This document shows positions 56,753 to 64,000 of a stretch of 64,000 nucleotides of DNA, piece by piece. Under the pieces are notes generated by a model. It saw only the letters and a program-made list of their open reading frames with translations. It made no database searches and had not been told where the DNA came from. A program made the translations under genes and the position numbers. The stretch is from an uncultured delta proteobacterium (GTDB lineage: Bacteria; Myxococcota_A; Polyangia; Polyangiales; Polyangiaceae), in contig CAWJCS010000002.1 in assembly GCA_963841435.1 (NCBI GenBank), positions 256,001-320,000 on the forward strand. The letters run 5' to 3'. How positions within the stretch are numbered: the first letter of the stretch is position 1; the number at the start of each line of letters is the position of its first letter.

Positions 56753-57895
56753 TCAAGCCCCGAGCTTCTTCAGCGTGTGCGCGAGGTTCCCTTCGATGCG
56801 CGCGAGGTCGCCCGGCGGCACGGAAACGCCCCCTCTCCGTACGCGCAAGATCACCGTCTCGCACGCCTCTTTGGAGGCGGCGTAGTCGCCGACCCAGTAC
56901 GCGGCGACGCCCAGCTCGTCGAGGATCCGCCAGTCGTAGACCTCCTGTGAGAGGAACAGCAAGTCGTCCGGGCGCTCGATTTCGACCGCCGTCCTCGCGA
57001 AGATGTACGCCTTGCCGTATTGCCCCTTCAGGCGGAAGTAGCACGCCAGGTCGTGGAGCGGTTCGATGCGCGTCGGCCGCAAGTTGAACGCGTCGAGGTA
57101 CTCGGAGAGCACCACTTCCTCGGGCATCTCCAAGAGGAGCGAAAGTCTCGCCGCCTCGAGCTGAGCCACGAACGTCTCTTCGACCCAGCCCGTCATCGAG
57201 ACGCGCTTCTTGTACTCGGCGTAGGCCTTCTCGCGGTGACCGGCGTCCCGGTACGATTGTGCGAGGTAGAACTGACTGCGCGCGTTGTTCGGGTTCTCTT
57301 TCAGGTCGTCTTCGAGCAGCTTGGCGTCGCGCAGGTACTTCTGTTCCTGCGTCATGCCGTGTGACTTTGCGCCCTCGCCCGCGTGGTAAATGATCCAGAC
57401 GTCGGTTCGCGTTGGGCGGTGCTTGGGGCCCTCGAGGGTGAGCAGATAGTTGTGCACGGGCCCTTCCCACTTGAAGCGCGAAGCCTTGATATTCACCAGG
57501 TGGGGAACGACGTAGCGCGTGCCGCCGTGGCGCTTTTCGATTTCGTAGCTCACCCCTGGCTCGAGCTTTTCGTAGAATTTGGGGTCACTCACGCCGAGCT
57601 CTTCGTCGGCGTCGATGAAGAGCAGCCAGTCTGCCTTGCCCGCCGCGACGGCGAGCGAAAGAGCCTGCTGGCGGTTGACGCCGAAGTTGACCCAAGGTCG
57701 CTCGTGGACCTCCCCGTCGATGCCGTAGCCACTCATCTCACGCTCGATGAGCGCGATCGTGTCGTCGGTCGAACCGGTGTCGACGATGACGTAGTAGTCA
57801 ATGTAGTCCTTGACCGAGCGAAACAGGCGCGGAAGCACCTCGGTTTCGTTCTTGACGATCATGCAGAGGCAGATGTTCGTGCGCGGGCGGGTCAT
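56753..57895 (-). CDS. GT2 glycosyltransferase with C-terminal TPR-like region
   Basis: CLCMIVKNE, VDTGSTDDT, FIDADE (DxD), WEGPVH, FYLAQSY. Confidence 0.9.
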   Translation of the reverse strand: MTRPRTNICLCMIVKNETEVLPRLFRSVKDYIDYYVIVDTGSTDDTIALIEREMSGYGIDGEVHERPWVNFGVNRQQALSLAVAAGKADWLLFIDADEELGVSDPKFYEKLEPGVSYEIEKRHGGTRYVVPHLVNIKASRFKWEGPVHNYLLTLEGPKHRPTRTDVWIIYHAGEGAKSHGMTQEQKYLRDAKLLEDDLKENPNNARSQFYLAQSYRDAGHREKAYAEYKKRVSMTGWVEETFVAQLEAARLSLLLEMPEEVVLSEYLDAFNLRPTRIEPLHDLACYFRLKGQYGKAYIFARTAVEIERPDDLLFLSQEVYDWRILDELGVAAYWVGDYAASKEACETVILRVRRGGVSVPPGDLARIEGNLAHTLKKLGA

Positions 57896-58338
57896 CGAGC
57901 GTGCGAAAGGTGGGTGCCGTAGCGACCCGGTCGTGCTTGCCGACAATCGCCCAAGTCGCCGGACCCGCCAAGGGATTCGCCGGGTCGCGCTCGCTCCGCG
58001 TGTCGGGACGCCTGCGAACAGGGCTCGGCAGTCTGCGCGCCGATGCGCAACACGCACGCTTGGACTCGGCACGGAGGCCTTCGTCCCCGGAGTAGGGCGC
58101 GGCCTCGCGCACCGTCCGACGCCAGCCCGACGCACGCGCTCGGGCAGCTCGGGCGACCGTTCGCTCGGTGGGTGGATTTGCCAAGGACGAGGCGCGGGAG
58201 GTTTCCCCGCGTGCCTCGCCGGGGAGCATCTTGGCTCCAGCTTAGCGGAAAAATTGTGTTATCGACGGAATTCGTTCGCTCCGTGCCGAGCTACCCGTCT
58301 CCTACTAAGGTCTTCTTTTGCCAAATGCAGGACCACTT

Positions 58339-60835
58339 ATGAGAATGCGATCCGCGCTCGACATCGCAAGACCGAGGGAAGCTCGCGGCGCCAGGCCCGA
58401 AAGCGCAAGGGCGCGGGGGCTGTTGCGCGGCTCGATCGCGCTCGCGGTCCTGTGCGCCACGGGGGTGGCGAACGCGCAGACCCTCACCGTGGATGCGTCC
58501 AACAGTCCGAGTGGCAATCCGCACTTCTGGTCGACCTGCGTGGGTACCGGAACGGCGAGCCTGACTCTGCGAGCGGATCTGCAGACGCACTACAAGCTTG
58601 CAAACCGCGAGCTTGGCATGCAGCGCGTGCGAGGCCACGGCCTCCTCAACGACGACATGGGGATCTTCCACTGGTCGGGCGGTAGCGCGACGCCGACCTA
58701 CGACTGGTCGAAGTTCGACACGTATTTGGATGCGATCGCCGCGGCGGGAATGAGGCCGGCCATCGAGCTGAGCTTCATGCCCACGGATCTCGCCCAATCA
58801 GGCAATAGCCGCGACGTGGCGAAGGACCTCAACGTCTACAAGCAATTCATCCAGGCCGTGGTTCAGCACGCCGTGGACAGGTTCGGCGCGAGTGACGTGG
58901 GCGAGTGGTACTGGGAAGTGTGGAACGAGCCGAACTATTCAGGCTTCTGGAACGGCACGATGGACGACTACTTCGCCATGTACGATGCCGCCGCCGCCGG
59001 CGCCACCGCCGTGCTTCCCAACATCATGATCGGTGGACCCGTGACCACTCAGGGGTCGACCACCCAGATGACGCAGTTTCTACAACACGTGAAGACCTCG
59101 GGCGCGCGGGTGACCTTCCTCTCGTCTCATGCCTATCCGGGCGGTGCGGGTGCGAGCGCGAGCGCCACCTTCGGCGTCAGCGACAACGACGGCCGGGTCG
59201 GCGTCATCACGGGCCAAGGCTATACGACTGCCCAGCTCGAGTCGGTCAACAGCGAGTGGAACTCGGCGTATACGGGTCAGGGGGGCAACATGGCCGACAA
59301 CAACGTCAGCATGGACAGCCACGTGAACGCCCCGTTCATCCTCAAATCGGTCAAGTTACTCGCCGATCAGGTCAAGGGTGACACGCCGCCGCTGTCCATC
59401 TTCTCGTACTGGGTGATCTCGGACGTGTTCGGTGAGTACAGCGGCGACGCGGGTTCCTACATTCAGTCGCAAGGCGGGGGGACGCTTCCGTTCGGCCAGG
59501 TCTTCGGCCTGATGACCTACCAGGGCGTGCGCAAGGCCGGCTTCAACGCCTTCAAGATGCTCGATCTCACCGGCTCGAAGCGCCTGTCGGTGACCGGGGG
59601 CAAGGGCAACAGCGACGGAGTTGACGCGATGGCGACCATCAACGCCGACGACAGCGAGGTCGCTATCATCGTTTACAACTACTACGCGACCATCGCCACG
59701 ACCGGTTCCGACAACGTGACCGTGAACGTGAACAACCTGCCCTTCGCCGGAAAAGACATCTTCGTCACTCAATTTGCCGTCGACGACGCGCACAGCAATC
59801 CGTACGGCGTCTGGGTCAGCCAGGGCAAACCCAACAATCCGACGGAGGCGCAGTGGCAGGCCATGCGCCAGGCCCAACATTTGGCGCTGGCCACGCCGGT
59901 GACGACCATGGCCGGCAGTGCCACGTACTCCACGATGTTGGCGATGCCCAGGCAAGGAGCGAAAATGATCCTCCTTAGCTTGAAACGCCCCGTGACGGGT
60001 CGCAACGCACTCGTCGAGATCGAGGGCGAGGATTACGACGGCCAGTCCGGTGCGACCAAAGAGGACAGCAACGACACCAGTATGGGGCAGTCCATCGCCG
60101 GCACGGGCGGCGGCTACGTCTTCTTCGACGACGTGGATTTCAGCGACGCCGGCGTTGACACCGTTCAACTGCGCGTCAATGCGCAGGCCGCGACGACCCT
60201 GGCGCTCCACGCGGATACGCAGGACGGCACGCTGCTCGGCACGTGTGATGTGGCAGCCACGGGCGGGCAGTGGGCGACGCAGCCGTGCACCCTCACGCAG
60301 ACGATGGGCGTTCACACGTTGTATGCCGTCTTTGGCGCCGCTCTGCGCCTCAACTGGCTGAAGTTCGAGCCGGCCGGTGGCAGCGTTGGCACCGGCGGGG
60401 CCGGGGGCGTCGGTGGTGCTGGAGCTGGCATGGGTGGCGATGCCGGCGGTGGCATGACGTTCGAGCGGCGGTAGCGCGGGGATGCCGAACGGTGGCACCG
60501 CGGGCACTCCCGGTGGAGGAAGCCCAGCGACGGGCGGCGCCACGTCCGGGACCGGAGGCTCGGTCGCCGCGAGCGGCGGCGCGTCCGCGGCCGGTGGAAG
60601 TCCCGCCGCGGGTGGCTCGGCGCCCATGGGCGGCGTTGGTACGGGGGGCGCCACGGCCGCAGGCGGGGCGACCACGGCCGGTACGGGCGGTCCCGGCGCA
60701 GTAGGCGGCAAAAGTAGCGATTCTGGCGGATGCGGCTGCCGTCTGGCGCCCGACCGAACATCGCCGTTCGGGCGGCTCGCTCTCCCGGGACTCGCCGTGC
60801 TCGGGCTGTTGTTGCGCCGCCGCCGGCAACGCTGA
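58339..60835 (+). CDS. GH39 beta-xylosidase-like + CBM6 + Gly linker + MYXO-CTERM; apparent +1 insertion at about 60460
   Basis: VRGHGLLNDDM, ELSFMP, WEVWNEP, SEWN; IEGEDYD CBM6 start; removing one T at GACGTTC (60456-60462) joins ORF 60482..60835 ending GCGC-TM-RRRRQR. Confidence 0.85.
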
Positions 60836-60897
60836 TCGGCGACCGTCGAGCCCGCGCACGCGTTCGCTCACTCCGTCCGATTCCTTCAGAGGATCTC

Positions 60898-62659
60898 ATG
60901 CGACTCATCCCCACCCTGTGTGCGGCAACTCTACTGCTCGCCGCCTGCTCGAACTCGGGCTCCGACGGCGGGTCCACGGGAGGCGCGAGCGCCACCGCGG
61001 GCTCGAGCAGTGCGACCGGCGGAAGCGACCCGGGCGCCGGCATCGGGGGACGGTCGGGCTCTTCCGGCGACACGTCGGGCTCGGGCGGATCGCAGACGGG
61101 AGGCGCGGCGGGCATGGGGGCGTCCCCGAGCGGCGGGAGCGCGGGCAGCTCGGGCGGTGGCGGTATGTCTGCGAGTGGCGGGATGCCTGCCGGCGGGGGC
61201 GGCGTGTCGTCGGGCGGCACGGCCGGAGCGGCAGGCAGCGGTCAGGGTGGCGGTAGCGGTGCCGGTGGTGACGCGGGGATAGGCCCCGGGGGAAGCGGTG
61301 GGGGCGTCGATTTCGTTCAACCCGAGCTCGTCACCTCGGCGGACGGGGCGTACTGGGTGACCACCGGGACGCTCACCGAAGTCGCGACGGGGACGGCCGA
61401 TGTGACGGTCAACGACGCTTCACCGGCTCAAACCTGGGAGGGCTTCGGCGGATCGTTCAACGAGAAAGGCTGGACCTACCTTTCGATGCTCAGCGAGGCC
61501 GACAGAACCAAAGCTCTGGGGCTTCTGTTCGGAAGAGATGGTCTGAACTTCACTCTGGGCCGGATCCCGATGGGGGCGAGCGACTACGCGACGGACCGCT
61601 ACACGCTCGACGAAGTGCCCATGGGCCAGACCGATCTCACGATGGCAAGCTTCTCGGTCACTCGCGACCAACAGCTGCTCATCCCGTTCGTCAAGGCGGC
61701 CGCGCTCGTGAAGGGCGACATCCATTTCCTGGGCTAGCCCGTGGTCGCCGCCAACCTGGATGAAAGACGGTCCGTTCAACGACTCCTCGCCGTTCGACGG
61801 TGGCACGATGAAGACGGACGATGCCACGCTGGGCGCGCTCGCGCAGTACTTCGTCAAGTTCGTGCAAGCGTACGCTGAGGAGGGGATCACCATCGAGGTG
61901 GTCTCGCCCCAGAACGAGCCAGGCTACAGCGGAACCTATCCGACCTGCGCGTGGGCTCCGGCGACCTACGCGAAGTTCGTCGGCCTGCATCTCGCTCCCG
62001 CCCTTACTGCCGCCAGTCTCGACACGAAGATCATGCTCGGCACGTTCAACGGCGGCACGGGGGACACGTCGATCATCAGCACCGTGATGGGTGACGCCAC
62101 CGCGGGCGGCGAGATCGCCGTCCTTGGCTATCAATGGGGCATGCAGGGCAGCGTCAACGCCGACAAGAAGTACAATCGGCCCATCTGGCAGACGGAGCAC
62201 ATGTGCGGGAACTACCCGTGGCTGACTCCGTTCAACGCTACGGTCGCACCCAACGACCATGCGTACGCCGTCGAGAGCTGGGGCCTCGTGCGAGATTGGA
62301 TCCGCGCGGGCGTCACGGCCTACAGCGTCTGGAACATGGTCCTCGATACCGTGGGCAACGGGATCGATTCGATGCGCGTCTGGCCTCAGGACGCGCTCTT
62401 GACGGTCGACACGACGACGAAGATGCTAACCGTCACGCCGGCCTACTACGTCTTCCGTCACTTTTCCCAGTTCGTAGAACCGGGCGCCAGCGTGGTGGCG
62501 ACGAGCGGCGGTGACGCGATGGCTTTCAAGAACCCCGACGGCAAGCTCGTCACGATCATGTACAACTCGGGTGGTGCGAAGACGTACACGGTCGCAGTCG
62601 GCGGCAAGACGCTCCAGTTCCAGATGCCGGGTTCCGGGTGGGCGACCGTCTTTCGCTGA
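60898..62659 (+). CDS. GH30 glycoside hydrolase lipoprotein; apparent +1 insertion at about 61728
   Basis: QTWEGFGGSFNE, RIPMGASDY; removing one C restores HFWASPWSPPTWMK; QNEP (acid/base) and WQTE (nucleophile). Confidence 0.9.
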
Positions 62660-62728
62660 AGAATCGCCGAGACCGGGCGGGGTCTCACGCCGAATACTTC
62701 GGCCCTGAGCTTACGATGAGCCGTCGCA

Positions 62729-64000
62729 CTAGCGCGGCGTGGCGTACACGCGCGCCTCGTGAACCTTGAACCCATGGCCTGGCAACGGCTGCTCGACCGT
62801 GACGCGCAGGCGGTCGGCGAGCTCCGGCTCGGGCAACACGACGCGCCACACGAACGTTTTCGGTGCGTAGACTTGCTCGTGAAAGACGCGAAGACGCGGT
62901 TGTTCGACCACCGTGCGCAGCGGTTCCGTGCCGCGAGCGACCTGAACCTCGAACGACAGCGGCACGTCGTTCAGGTGTTGGCGATTCTCGAACTCCAGGG
63001 CCACGATCTGGCGAGGCTCCAGCAGGTCGAGCTCGAAGAATTGCCCCGTCGCCTGGACGTCGGGTCCGGGCCAGTGCGTGTCCGGATTGTCGTCGAGGCT
63101 CTTGTGTGCGTAGCGTGACTTCTGGCTACCGCGTGCCCTGAGCTGCTCCCTTTCGACGAGCATTGCACCGGGCGGCACGGCCGGCACGCGGACGAGGCTC
63201 AGTGTGGGATCGCGGGAGGGCAGCAGGGTGAACACGTAGTCGTCACCGGTGCGAAAGGCGCGCCGATAGTGCTCGGGTAGGGCGGCGAGCCGCTCGGGCA
63301 GGTCGCGGCGAGTCAGGTCCAGATCGCCGGCGTGGATCACGAGGTGGCGGGCGCCGAGGGCCTCGAGCACGCGACGCGCACCGTCATCCGGGACGAAGCG
63401 CGACACGCGCTCCACCATGTCGGTCACGGGCAGGACGTAGCTCGATTGCCCGTTCAGTGAGCGATGCTTGTGGAGCACCATCAGGTAGTTGTGAAGCGCT
63501 CGCCCCGCGTCGCCACGAAAGCGCTCGACCCCGTCATCCTGCGGGATCGCCGCGACCAGATCCTCGTCCGGCAGCGTGGACACGAATCGATAAACCTCCG
63601 GGACGGTCGGGGCTGCCCAGATCGCGCGCACCGGGTGCGGAAAGCTGCGCAGCTCGTAGAACGTGGCAGAGAGCAGCACGGCCAACACGAGCCCCCGGTC
63701 ACGCGCTGTTTTCGTCCGCGACAACAGCCAAGCGCTGCCGAAGCTCGCCAAGACGACGAAGGCGAACGTCGTCATCACCGCCTGTCTCGACACCTTGCGA
63801 ATGCCGTCGAAGCCGGGGAAGTAGCGGTAGAAATAGTAGTACAGGCCGCGCACGGGCGAGCCCAACCCGTCGAACGGTGAAAGGCCGAGAAAGAGGGCGG
63901 TCGAGAGCAGTAGCAATCCGAGATAGAGACCGGGCTGACCGGCAAAGGGGAATGGCTGACGGGCGCGAAGCTGCCAGGCGATGCCGAGCGCGGCCACGAG
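62729..64000 (-). CDS. Membrane protein (GT-C/YfhO-like) with C-terminal F5/8-type discoidin domain, 5' end outside window
   Basis: TM helices, PGFDGIR, LNGQSSY; LDDNPDTHW..Q..GQFFELDL. Confidence 0.65.
   Translation of the reverse strand, partial: LVAALGIAWQLRARQPFPFAGQPGLYLGLLLLSTALFLGLSPFDGLGSPVRGLYYYFYRYFPGFDGIRKVSRQAVMTTFAFVVLASFGSAWLLSRTKTARDRGLVLAVLLSATFYELRSFPHPVRAIWAAPTVPEVYRFVSTLPDEDLVAAIPQDDGVERFRGDAGRALHNYLMVLHKHRSLNGQSSYVLPVTDMVERVSRFVPDDGARRVLEALGARHLVIHAGDLDLTRRDLPERLAALPEHYRRAFRTGDDYVFTLLPSRDPTLSLVRVPAVPPGAMLVEREQLRARGSQKSRYAHKSLDDNPDTHWPGPDVQATGQFFELDLLEPRQIVALEFENRQHLNDVPLSFEVQVARGTEPLRTVVEQPRLRVFHEQVYAPKTFVWRVVLPEPELADRLRVTVEQPLPGHGFKVHEARVYATPR

Noticed and set aside
60472-61737. 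TAG read-through (pyrrolysine or recoding) in GH39 and GH30 genes
   Set aside because: Downstream coding continues in a different frame; a single-base deletion restores each gene.
1-64000. rRNA, tRNA, prophage, integrase or defence-system genes
   Set aside because: No recognisable motifs or gene products for these found by reading.

Overview
High-GC (roughly 70% by eye) bacterial chromosomal window with a myxobacterial (Polyangiaceae/Sorangium-like) signature: many Gly/Ser-linker lipoproteins, MYXO-CTERM-type sorting tails, a DUF1592/DUF1552 pair and small c-type cytochrome lipoproteins. Recognisable content: rtcB, a DsbA-NhaA fusion, a glgE-treS/mak-glgB alpha-glucan operon, an ECF sigma/anti-sigma pair, two fatty-acid desaturases, a type IV pilin-like gene coupled to a pseudokinase, and plant-polysaccharide enzymes (GH16, two GH10, CE1-like esterase, GH39-CBM6, GH30). 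No rRNA, tRNA, CRISPR array or intact transposase was seen. Most notable observations: (1) a recurring, motif-restricted G>A / C>T change (GTCGAC, GATC, GACGTC) that turns invariant Asp residues of RtcB, GlgE and GlgB into Asn and coincides with two +1 insertions, most likely a DNA-modification footprint in long-read base calls; (2) an 8-gene exported heme/His-rich lipoprotein cluster at 43.7-52.3 kb of unknown function; (3) a His-brace LPMO-like MYXO-CTERM protein next to a xylanase; (4) a 197-bp CTAG-flanked MITE; (5) a domain-less Gly-repeat lipoprotein with a duplicated leader; (6) several gene remnants. All family calls are from motif recognition only; no searches were run.
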